This document shows positions 10,080 through 20,600 of a stretch of 64,000 nt of DNA, one piece after another. The notes under the pieces are model-generated. The model searched no databases. It was not told the origin of the DNA and was given only the letters and a program-made list of their open reading frames with translations. Where the stretch lies: contig CAWJTV010000028.1 of NCBI GenBank assembly GCA_963845755.1, forward strand, positions 64,001 through 128,000. Reading direction: 5' to 3'. The DNA is from an uncultured Planctomycetota bacterium (GTDB taxonomy: Bacteria; Planctomycetota; Planctomycetia; Isosphaerales; Isosphaeraceae). A program made the translations under genes and the position numbers. The first letter of the stretch is position 1. Each line of letters starts with the position of its first letter.

Positions 10080-11536
10080 TTACTCTCTCGAATCCCGCAT
10101 CGACTCGTCGTTTGGTTGTCCAGGACGGAGGGGCCGGGAGCGCGGATTGCGTGACTCGCCGAAGATTCTGACCAGCGCCAGCGTTTTATCTTGGAGAGCG
10201 GGCGCGTTTCCATGATCTCAACGAGGTCACCGTAACGCGATAGGTTCCGCTCGTCATGAGCGTAGCAGATCGTCCGCCTCCGGATCATCTTGCCGTACTT
10301 CGGGTGAGGCTCGATTCCCACGACCTCGACCCGGCGCGTCTTGTCCATCTTCGCGCTGGTGACGAGCCCCTGGAGGACGCGACGCGGCTTGCGGCCGCGG
10401 GCGGGCGATTCCCGATTCGCGTCGGGGAAGCCGGGGATTTCGGGAAACGGCGTGAGTGGTTCGTGCTCCGTTGCTTTTTGAGGCGGAAGCCGCGGCGCGA
10501 GGTCGTGGTCCGGCTCGGAGAGGGCCAGCTTGAAGGAGGAGTAGTCGAGGCGGTTGGCGATGGTCCGCAGACGATCGCGGAATTCGGTGGCACGCTCCAG
10601 GTTACCGCACACAATCCGGTCTTTCGCCCTGACGACGCGTGCCATCGACGCCGATTCGATGAATTCGTTCAAGCGGGAATAGAGGATCGAAAACCCTTCC
10701 GTGAAGAGCGGTCCCTCCAGCCTCTCGACTCTCAAGAACTGGGCGAGGGCCTCCGGCCGTCTTGATCTCCGGGCGAGGTTCTCGCCGAAGATGATCGCCG
10801 CGTCCGGGAATTCGGGGAATCGCGCCGCGAACGACTCAGCCCACGGGTTGACGCGGTTGTTGGCACCGAGGCTCAAGAGGCCATAACCGCCGGCCGCGAC
10901 GGCAATCGAGTCGTCAAGGTCCCGGAACAGTGCGAGATTCTCGGCCTGGATCAGCAGTTGATCCGCCTCCTCCAATTGACCCGACTTCAAGTACCGAAAC
11001 GCCATGCCGGCCGAGAGCGACTCGCGAGCGAGAGACGCGAGCGAGGAGGATGAAGACGAGGAGTCGCCTCGGGCGAATGACGGGTCTGCGCGACCGAGGG
11101 GTTCGGAGGTCGCAAGTACCGAGAAATCGACGAGGCATTCCGCCTCGTGTTGGATCTTGCACGTCTTCGAGTACGCCTGGCCACCAGGCGGCCTGCTGGA
11201 GATGACGTAGTAGCCTGGTTGCAGGTCGAGCCGCCTGGAACCGATGACCCAGATCGAGGACGACTGGGCGTGGTCCCGGATCTGGATCGGGAATGGGCAC
11301 TCCTCGGCCCTGATCCAGAGCCGACCGGTCCCGCTCGCCGGTCGCTTTTTCGCGGCGGGGTCACGAGCAGGTTCGGGACCGGGGACATCCGCGGGAATGC
11401 CCAGCTCGTCCTCGATCCAATTGCTCAGGATGTCGGGGCCATCAGCAGGCTCTGGCCCGGCAACCTCCGCGGGCATGTCCGCCTCGTCCTCCTCTTCCTC
11501 CTCCTCTTCCTCCTCGATCCAGCCACTCATGCCCAT
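10080..11536 (-). CDS. Multidomain protein: acidic repeat N-terminus, probable beta-sandwich, helical/TPR-like domain, C-terminal ribosomal protein uS17-like domain
   Basis: ORF 10028..11536; C-terminal RRVLQGLVTSAKMDKTRRVEV...HPKYGKMIRRRTICYAHDERN..YGDLVEIMETRPLSKIKRWR is unmistakably uS17; a 1-nt shift near 10173 restores RWRLVRI and a stop at 10080. GAGGT SD upstream of the ATG. Confidence 0.8.
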
Positions 11537-11549
11537 TAGCGACCTCGAA

Positions 11550-12890
11550 TCACTCGAAGGGGACGAAGTGCAGGGTTTCGTTGCAATCCTTATCGGCCTC
11601 GATTGGGAGATAGATTTCCGTGTGGGGTGGGTCGGACGACGCCGAGTCAGCCGTGAACTTCAACCGGCATACGCCCGAGGGCGCGGAGGCCACCGGAAGG
11701 TACGGGGCCAGCTCTTTCTTCTGGTCGGCGGTCAGCGAGCTCACCGCGCCGTCGACGTCGAAACTCAGCGTGTAGGGTCCCGGCTGGACCGTGGAATCGT
11801 ATGGGTTGGCGGGGAGTGGGCTATCCAGGACGCTCTTCTTGTGTTTTAGGTTTCTCAACTTCGCATGGGCCACACGGATCACGAGAGTGGGGTCGATTTC
11901 GAGATGGAAGGGGATCTGGGGCGGACGGCTCGTATAGTGAAAGTTCGTCTTGAATAAGCACTTGGAAGTGTCGGCTTGGACGTACTGGACCTTCTTTTTG
12001 TAGTTCGCGATGTCCAGGGTCCTCCGCTGGAGCGGCTCGACGAGGTCCTTAACCGCAACGCTCCACCCATGAATGCCGTGTTCTCGAAGTGCGAACCGTC
12101 CCAGGCATTCCAGCAAGGCACGGCTGAACACCGTCCCAAACTCATCTCCTGTCTCGTAAGCCGGATCTCCATCGCGCGTGCTGTAGATCGTGCATCGATT
12201 GATGGGGTCGCGATACGTCTTCGACTCGTACACAATGATAGGGCGGCCACCCAGGACGTCAGGATTCTTGTACTTGGAGGGGATCGGCTCCGTCTTGCAA
12301 GCGTTGACGAACACAAACTGTTTGCGGGCGTCGGCGTAATCGAGGGCCTCGTGAATATTCCGAAGATCGAGAGAGCCGTCGAGGCACCGTTTCGTTTCGG
12401 CGAAGTCTTCCAGCAACACGCGAGTGATCTGGTGTCCATCGAGGATTCCGTGGCCGCTCACGTAGAGAATCGCAACATCGCGCGAGCGTCGGTTGCAATC
12501 GTCATACCAGGCTAACACGGTGCGCTCCACCTCTGGGAAAGTCGCGCGTTGAATCGTGCCAGTTTTGTCGTCGAAGTCCTCTTTCGCAAGGCCCAGGTTG
12601 ACCATCTCCTTCGGGGTCGGAGACAGGAGCAATCGGATGGAGGCCAGAGGGACAACCGGTTCCTCGCGGCGATCCAAGGACTCCTTGAGATACTCCTTGC
12701 GGAGCCAATCCGCGAATCGATAGGCGCCCGTGGCCGTCGAGGTGAGTTCATCGAGTCCGAAGGTCTCGTTCTTCGGATGATCTGGCGTGTCGCGGAGGTA
12801 GGGATAGTGGCTCGACCCAACGATGAGGGCGTGCGTCGCGCTCCCCTTCGAGCTCCGGTCGGGATTCCTGAACCACACCGCTTCGTTCAT
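11550..12890 (-). CDS. Caspase-like (peptidase C14/metacaspase-type) protease with C-terminal beta-rich domain
   Basis: THALIVGSSHYP start, LYVSGHG (His ~12451), FVFVNACK (Cys ~12298), TVFSRALLECL late helix. Confidence 0.85.
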   Translation of the reverse strand: MNEAVWFRNPDRSSKGSATHALIVGSSHYPYLRDTPDHPKNETFGLDELTSTATGAYRFADWLRKEYLKESLDRREEPVVPLASIRLLLSPTPKEMVNLGLAKEDFDDKTGTIQRATFPEVERTVLAWYDDCNRRSRDVAILYVSGHGILDGHQITRVLLEDFAETKRCLDGSLDLRNIHEALDYADARKQFVFVNACKTEPIPSKYKNPDVLGGRPIIVYESKTYRDPINRCTIYSTRDGDPAYETGDEFGTVFSRALLECLGRFALREHGIHGWSVAVKDLVEPLQRRTLDIANYKKKVQYVQADTSKCLFKTNFHYTSRPPQIPFHLEIDPTLVIRVAHAKLRNLKHKKSVLDSPLPANPYDSTVQPGPYTLSFDVDGAVSSLTADQKKELAPYLPVASAPSGVCRLKFTADSASSDPPHTEIYLPIEADKDCNETLHFVPFE

Positions 12891-14281
12891 TCTGCTTTCT
12901 CCCGCAGCTCATCGGCGATCTTCTCGTAGAAGAACGACTCCGTGAAGTAGGCGGAGTGTGCCTTCAGGATGTCGTTCCGGCCCGGCATCCGGATGTCCGT
13001 GACCGCCTCGTTACCGAAGACGGGCTGAGCCTGGTATGAGAAGAGGTCGGCCTGGTCGTAGAAGTTGAGCCACTTCTGGACCTTCGCGGGCTTGAGCAGG
13101 AATCCGGCGGTGGGCTCGGCATTCTTGCGATAGACGGCCATCTCCGCGAAGAGCGAGACCTGGGCGCCGGCCATTACCCAGAGTCGGACGGAGATATCGC
13201 TGAGGTCGCTCGAGGTGAGAAGGTCGTAGAAGATCGCACTGCCGAAGGAGTGCGTCACGACCACGAGCGGTTCATTGTTTTTCTCGGCGACCTGCGCGGC
13301 GGCCTGGATGCCCTTGGCGGCGCGGTCGGCGATTGGTCCAAGTTTCTCACCGGTGCTCTGCCCGCGCCGGAGGTACTCGAACACGTCGCCGAAGAAGAGC
13401 ATCGCGCCGGGCCCCACCTCGTTGCGCAGCCAGGGGGCAAGTCGTGGATCGGAGGGGTTCAGGAGCGCCCCCGCTGAGTAGAGCCGGGCGCGGAATGCCC
13501 CCGCGCCGGCCTTCTCGGCAATATATCTCGCAGCCCCTACGGTGGCGTCCTTCAGCGCGTGCAGTCTCTCGGAGGCCTCCTTGATGATCTCCTTTGCTCC
13601 CATCTCGTCGTACGGCTTGCCATCGGCGACCGCTCCGGCGGATTCCTCATACGTGTTTAACTCGTCCACGATGGCCTGATCGATGGCGTCGAGGGCGGCT
13701 TTCCCTGTCTTCGACGTCTTCAACTTTGCGAGGAACTCGGGCCGTTGCGCCACGGCATCGGCGGCGATCAGCAGAAGGGCGCTGACCTGGCCCTTCTGCT
13801 CAGCAGCTTGCCGATCGTCCACCTTCATGTCCTTCGTCTCGGCGACGGTCCGCAAGTCCGGTTCGAAGCGACATCGCTCGGGGGCCACCACGGCCCGGAT
13901 CAAGTCCACGGGGGCTTCTCGGGCCGCCTTGAGTACGACCTGATCGTGTGTCTCCGGTAATGTCTCCGGGTCCGGCTCGGTTCCGTCCTTCGACAGGATC
14001 GAGATCAACTCGAAGAGTGCGGCAGCGGGATCGGTCGTTTCGACGTGGCCCGTTGCTCCCATTGCCTTGGCTTTCTCCAGGCCGAACATCGAGGAGAGAT
14101 CCCAGCGAAAGCGGACACCCAGATCACCCCAATAAAGGTCCTCCAGGACATCGAAGTTTGGATAGCGGGGCTTGGTCACGGGGAGCACGTACTGCTCGAA
14201 CATCTTCCTCCGCGCCTTGCCGCTAGCGAAGTAAACCTCGTCCTTGCGGACGCTCACTCCGTGGATGAATAAGATTGGCAT
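12887..14281 (-). CDS. Alpha/beta-hydrolase fold protein (lipase/esterase-like) with large helical insertion
   Basis: ILFIHGV oxyanion strand, YWGDLG, FFGDVFEYL, VVVTHSFGS nucleophile elbow (Ser ~13248), WLNFYDQADLFSY, AHSAYF; GGAGGT SD; ATGA overlap with the caspase gene. Confidence 0.85.
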   Translation of the reverse strand: MPILFIHGVSVRKDEVYFASGKARRKMFEQYVLPVTKPRYPNFDVLEDLYWGDLGVRFRWDLSSMFGLEKAKAMGATGHVETTDPAAALFELISILSKDGTEPDPETLPETHDQVVLKAAREAPVDLIRAVVAPERCRFEPDLRTVAETKDMKVDDRQAAEQKGQVSALLLIAADAVAQRPEFLAKLKTSKTGKAALDAIDQAIVDELNTYEESAGAVADGKPYDEMGAKEIIKEASERLHALKDATVGAARYIAEKAGAGAFRARLYSAGALLNPSDPRLAPWLRNEVGPGAMLFFGDVFEYLRRGQSTGEKLGPIADRAAKGIQAAAQVAEKNNEPLVVVTHSFGSAIFYDLLTSSDLSDISVRLWVMAGAQVSLFAEMAVYRKNAEPTAGFLLKPAKVQKWLNFYDQADLFSYQAQPVFGNEAVTDIRMPGRNDILKAHSAYFTESFFYEKIADELREKAE

Positions 14282-14625
14282 TGTCGGGCACCTCCAGCGA
14301 ATGCCTCAAGGTGGGCAGGCAAGGCCGGCCTGCACTCAACTGACCTGGCACGCGTCGGCGACATCGCCTGTCCATTTGTATGGGCGTCTGGCGTATTCAC
14401 CGCCGAGCGCCGATCGCCCCACCCTTCATCTGTCAGAATGGACGATAATTGAACCGGATTCAAGAGGCCTCTCCAACTGCGCAGCGAGATCCCGAGCGCA
14501 CCGACGCCTTGAGCATTGCGGAGCGCTTCCGCCATGCAGCGACCGTCGTGGTTCCCTGGTGTCGATTCACCGGCTGGTCCATCCGATGGCCCTCGGACCA
14601 GCCGGGCGAATCACTCCGACCCCGT

Positions 14626-17600
14626 TCAACGGAACCCACCAGCCGCGGCACCATTCCGATTGCCGGCCGGTTGATCGAACCGTTGCTGGAGCCGCTGGAT
14701 CTGCTTCAAGTTATTGGTCGAGTTCTGCATGCGGAGATTGGCATCGAGGGATTCATCCGCTTTGGCTGAAGCATTGGGCATGGTCTGTCCCTGCCCTGGT
14801 TGCTGAGCCGGCACTTGATTCTGACCCTGCAGCGATTGGCCGACGTAGCTCGTGCCGCGGTAGAAGGCGTATTGATTCGACCCTCGGCGCGCGACGGCCG
14901 TGACGACTCCGCGCACTCCTTCGGCCACGAAGATGCCCCGAAGGTCGGTCTCGCCCGAGAGGAACTGGGGATTATCGCTCCCGATGACTTTCACCTGGAC
15001 TTTCGGCAGGAGGTCCTTGGTCGATGCATCGCGGACCGTCACACGAACTCGGCCGGCGCCCGAGTCTTCGAGTACCTCGAGTTCGATCGGTGAGACCAGG
15101 ACGATCCCGGATGCGTAGAGACTCTCGCCGCGAAGCATGACGAGATACGCCGCCGTCCTTGGTCAAGGGAAGGTCGATTGCCTTGGCCTTGTCACCATAG
15201 TCGGCTCCATTGCCGAGGGTCACGGCTTTCTCGACCAGCGGCGTGATGCCCGCGAGGTCAATGCCGGCGATCCCGTTCAAGTTGCGGCGGGTGAGGTAGA
15301 GCTGCATCAGGTTGACGGGATAGGCTTTCACGTCCACCTGGGCGATATTGCGATAATCCAGGGCGATGCCCGGCGAAGGGCCCGGATCGGGGGCTCGATC
15401 GGCGGCGACCGCCGCACCCCTGAGGCTGGCGACAAGGACGCCGCGGACGGGGGTTGCGGGTTCGGTCCGCTCGGCGACCGCGGGACGGACCGCGGACCGG
15501 ACGACGGAGACCTCGGGAAGCTTCAGGTCCTTGCGGGTGTACGAGGTGATGGCGCCCGCCGCGTCGGTGAAGCGGTCGGCAACCTGCCGGTAGTATTCCA
15601 GCGCCTTGGCCGGCTGACGGCGCGCATCGTAGATCTGGCCAAGGATATAGAGGGCCTGCCACTTGTTCGGGCTGGGTTGCTCGGCACCCGCGGCGTCCTT
15701 GTAAGTCGCCCTGGCGATGGTGCCGGCCACCTCGACCGCGCGGTCATAATGGCCGAGATGGAAGTCGCCCAACGCCTCGCTGTACTGGAAGCTGTCGAGG
15801 TACGTGCTCTTGGGATAAACCGTGGCGAACCGGCCGGCCAGGCGGACCACCGACTTGAAGTCTTCCAGCTCGATGAACGCGCCGACCAGGGCCAGGCTGG
15901 CCTCGTCGGCCATGGGGTTCCTGGGCGATTGCGCGAGGAAGACCTGGATCATTCGAATGGATTGCACCAGCAACTCCGAGCGAGTGATCCCGGCGGCGGC
16001 CAGCTCGCGACGGAGATTGGGCTCGGTGATCGCACGTGACGCCGCCTGGGTCAGGACCTGGGAGAGTCCGAAGAAATCGCTCTCGATTGACGCCGTGTTC
16101 GGATAGGACCGCCACAGGTCGATCAGATAGGCCATCCCCTCGAGCGTCTTTCCCCGCTGGCGCAGCAGCTCGCCCACCCGAACATCCTCCAGGTAGCTGG
16201 CCTCGATCAGCCCGCGCCAGACGATCATGGCGCGCTCGAATTCCTTGATGTCCCGATAGGCGGTGCCGATCGCCAGCAACTGGTCGAAGCTGAGGAACAG
16301 CTCGGGGGATTTCTCCTTGACTACCTCGAAATACTGGACGATCTTGCGTGGCTGGCCCGCGCGGATGCTGATCAAGAGGAGCATCCGGGCCGCGTCCTTC
16401 GCGATGTCATCGCGGAGGGTATAGCCACCATAAAGCGACTCGAGGGCATCGCCGGCCTCGGCGAACCGTCCGGCGTCGAAGTGCGCCTTGCCTCGAGCAT
16501 ATAACTCGTCGGGCGTCGGCTTGTAGGGATCGGTGCTCGCTTGGCCGGGAGACCGGACACGCAGCTCGCCGGGCTGGCCGATGTGATAGTGCCCCGGCTC
16601 GTAGGCACTGCGCACCGAGGCGGGCAGGCGCGGTACGTGCCGGGAAGATACCCGTAAAGGTCGTAGGTGGTTGTCCCGGGGTTGACATCGGGCGGGAAGT
16701 AGAGGGTCAGCACGCCGTCGGCCAGCTCGAAGGAGGAAGCCGATGTATTCACGGAACCCTCGATCAAGGTCGTGCCGGCAGGCAAGTGTTCCTGCACCAC
16801 GAGGTAGTCGCGCTCCCACTCGGGAACGTTCCAGGGGATGTTCCGGAATGCGGTGACGGCAATCTGGGCTCTTCCGCCCACACCGACCTGGCTGGCGATG
16901 TTCTCGAATGTGTTGGGATTGACCGCGACCCCGAAGCCGACCGGCAAGACCTTGCCATCGAGCTCCGGCGGCGCTGGATAATAGACGCGGCGATCGATCC
17001 ACGCCACACGGCCGTTGCGATCCTGGTCGGGAGCGAATTCACGAGTAAATCCGGCGAGCGTGACGGCATATCCGAACTCGCCGCGGCCTTCCATCTCGAA
17101 TCGGATGCGGTTGGGCTTTCCGACCTCCAGGTTGGTGCGTGGGACGGCGACGACCTTTTCCTGGGCGGTTCCCAGCACGTCGATCACCGTGAGCGGCTTG
17201 TCATTGACGGTCACAGTCAGGCGATAACGATCCTCGGCGCCCTCGGCGCGGCCGTAATACGTCGCCAGCGCGGTGAGTGCCGGCCCCTTGGCCTTGTGGG
17301 GGAGCCACCCATTCGCGACACGGTGAGCCTGGAGCCAGTCGATGCTCCGGTCCATCTCGTTGGCCTGGGGGCGGACCCGGGCGTAAGCCAGGCTGACGAG
17401 GGCCGTCGTTTCGGCGGTACCACGGACCATCGGAGATCGGCCGGGGGCTTCCCAGTAGATCCGGGGCCTCAGGCCGGGCGCGACGGTTTCCGTCTTGGCA
17501 CGCGGTCCCAGGATGTCCAGCAGCTCGCCGGCCATCGAGGCACGGTCCAGGTTGGCGAAGGTCAACGCCAGGTACGCCAGGGCCGGGCTCGACAGGTTGT

Positions 17601-20600
17601 TCCGGAGCCGGTTCAAGCTGTTGGCCGCCTCGAAGCTGGCCGCGCGTCGCGTGCTCAAGGCGTGCAGCAACGCGGCACGGGTCTCGAGATCGCTGCCGTT
17701 GACCCGGGCGAATTCCTGCTTGAGATAAGTCAGCGCCTGGTCGAGCACCTTGGGATCGGTCAAGAGTCCCAGCGGCTCGGCCGAGGCCAGCGCCAGACGA
17801 CCGCCGCGGAGGACAGCCGGTCGCTCTGTAGCGACTGATCCGGTCGATTCACGATCGAGAGCGGCGGAGGGGCGGCCACCCACGGCCAACCGCCGTCGGG
17901 ATTCTGGGCCGCGATCAATTCGGCGACCAATCCCTGGATCCGTTCGGTCAGGCGCTGGGCTTCCGGTGCTGCAGTGGCGCGGGCATCGTGGAGATAGCGC
18001 AAGACCGAGGTCGCCCCCACCAGGTCCGCGGCACGATCCGCCGTGGTGTTGCTCGGCGGCGGGATGACCCGCGCCGTGGCGTTCAAGCTGTGCTCATCGA
18101 TGTTGATCAGGAGCTGATAGAGATTGGCGTCGCGTCCTAACGCCATCTCGATCAACATTCGGCGAATCGTCGGAGAGAGCGCAATCAGCATGTCGGGATT
18201 TTCATACGTCCGACCCGCCGGCAGTCCGACGAAGACGGTCGTGCTCTCGCGGCCGGTCCCCGATGCCGAGGCGTAAACCGGCATGCCCCAGGGATGGATC
18301 GGGACCTCGACGACCAGCTCATCCTTCAGGTCGCCGACGGCGCCGGTGAGGGTCAATCGAAGCGTATCACCATCGGGCACTTCATACGGTTCGAACAGGA
18401 CCTCGTCGATTCCGTCGCCCTTGAGTTCGAGCATCCTGGGAAACACGTCGTCGCGGCCACCGGCGTAAGTCGCCAGGCGCAGCGCGAGCTGGCCCTTGAC
18501 GCCCGTATGGTGGACTTGCGCGATGAAACGCGGCTTGTCCCCCTGAGTCAGCGCGGTGGGAACCTTCAAGTCAACGAAGAAGTCCTGGCGGACCGTCAGG
18601 GACGATGTGGTTTGCCCGGCCAGGGTGTCGGCGCCGGTGATGCCTCGCGCCGTGATCCGGTACTCGGAGAGTGCATTGGGGGCCTGGAACGTGACCCGCG
18701 CCTTGCCGTCCTTGCCGGTGACAACAGCCGGGTTCCAGTAGGCCGATTCCACGTATCGCTCGCGCGGGGATCGAGGATCGTCCGGTTTCTGGACGGCGAA
18801 GGTGGAGCGACGCCCTTGCGAGCGATCCCGGGAAAGATCATTGAAGTTTCTCGCAAATTGGACCCCAGCGAGTTTCTGCGCTCTGATTGTCACCCAGGCC
18901 TTCTTGATCGACGGCGAGAGGAACGCTCTTTGTCGCATCCTCACCGCTCATGGCCCTGCCGCCGACCCCGCCGCCCATTCCTCCCATCATGCCCATGCGC
19001 GGGTGCAGGCGAATTTCCAGGAACCGGAGCAGCCTCGGCGGGCGTCGGCGCAGGGGCTAGGGGCGCTGGGGCGACCTCATTGAAGAACCCCTGTCTCCCG
19101 CCCGCAGCGAAGTACTGCCGTCGTGCGCCCGCATTGGCCACCCTGGCTTGCTCACGCGCTGATTCCTCGACAACCGCCTGTGACACACCGACTGTGTCCG
19201 GCCGATAAGCGAACGTGTTCGTCGCCTCGGTGGAGAAGGATCCGGTACGGGTCTGGCTGTAGAAGAACGGACCGATCTCCGGGAGCCGGTCGTGGAAGAG
19301 GCGCAGGAGCGACTGGTCGACCATCGCGATCGAGAGCTCGGCCGAGACGGGCTGGCCGAGCTGGTCGGCGGCCGTGATGTCCAGCTCGACCGGCTCGCCC
19401 GGCCTCACGACCGCCCTGGCTGGCTTGACGGTGACGCGGAGGTCGCGCACGACCTCGATGTCGAGCCTCGCTTGATCGCACTCGTTATGCCACATTCGCG
19501 TCGAGGTCAGCGTGAAGTTGGGGAACTGGGCGCCGTCGATCGGCCAGGCGAGCGGGTTATCACCGTCCTTGAGAGTCACGATGCGGTAGGAGAGGATGCG
19601 GTCGGCCTCCCAGGTCAGGAGCGCCGTGCCGGACCGCCCGCGGCTGTGCAGGTTGACGCGCGCCTCCTCACCCACCTTGTAGCTTTGACGGTCGGTCAGG
19701 AGCCGCAGCTTGGTCTCGTCCTCCTTGCCGGAGATGAAGATCAATCGATCGGCGACGATCGGGGTGCCGAACCGGTCGGTCCCCGCGACGCGGAGGATGT
19801 AATGGCCTCCCTCGGAATCGTCGGAGCGGAAGGTCAGAGAGCCGCGGCCGGTCTTGGGGTCGGTCGCAATGGTCTTGCTCGTGACGTCGCGCTCGGTGGT
19901 GCGTCCGTCGACGTTGACCTGCTTGATCAACGTGGCCGAGAGGGACTCGCCGATCGGGCTGCCCTGGGCGTCTGTCGTGACGATCTGGAGCAGGAACGAT
20001 TCGCCGTCGAGGTAAACGCCGCGGGGCGTGCTCACGCTGATCTCGAATCCGCGGATTGCAAGCCGCACGTGGGCCTCGGCGGCCACGTTATCCTGCGGCA
20101 GCCGGGCGGTGAGGTGCAAGGTTTGCTCCTCGGCGAATCCCTCGGTCGAGAATTCGACGTGATACTTACCCACCGCGTCGGTCGTGCCGTGCAGTGTGCG
20201 GCCGTCGGGGAGGCCGATCTCGATCGGCCGAGATGACAGCGGTGCGCCGTATTGATAGCGAGCGACGAGGTCAACCTGGACCGTCTCGCCGCGGTAGACC
20301 ACACTCTGCTTCACGTCGAAGGTCAGGTCGATCGGTTCGAGCTGGTACGACTGGACCTCGAAGCTCCCCGAGAAGACGCTCTTGCCCGGCTGCGATACCG
20401 TGACGCGGTAACTGCCCAGCGGGGCGGCCGTGTCGAGCGGAAGCGTTTCGTGGAACGTCCCGTATTCCGAGAGGGTGATCGACCGGGCCACGATTATCCG
20501 GCCGCGGCTGTCGGCGACCTCGAACCGATAGACGGCCTTCGGCATATTGGCATACTGGCTGTTCCGGATCTCCCGCACGACGCCGCGGACCGAGACTTTC

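Noticed and set aside
10160..10399. Calling this the housekeeping rpsQ gene
   Set aside because: No independent start, no flanking ribosomal protein genes; in frame with a larger protein.
9860..14620. Mobile-element boundaries around the caspase operon
   Set aside because: No integrase, transposase, tRNA or flanking direct repeat could be seen by eye.
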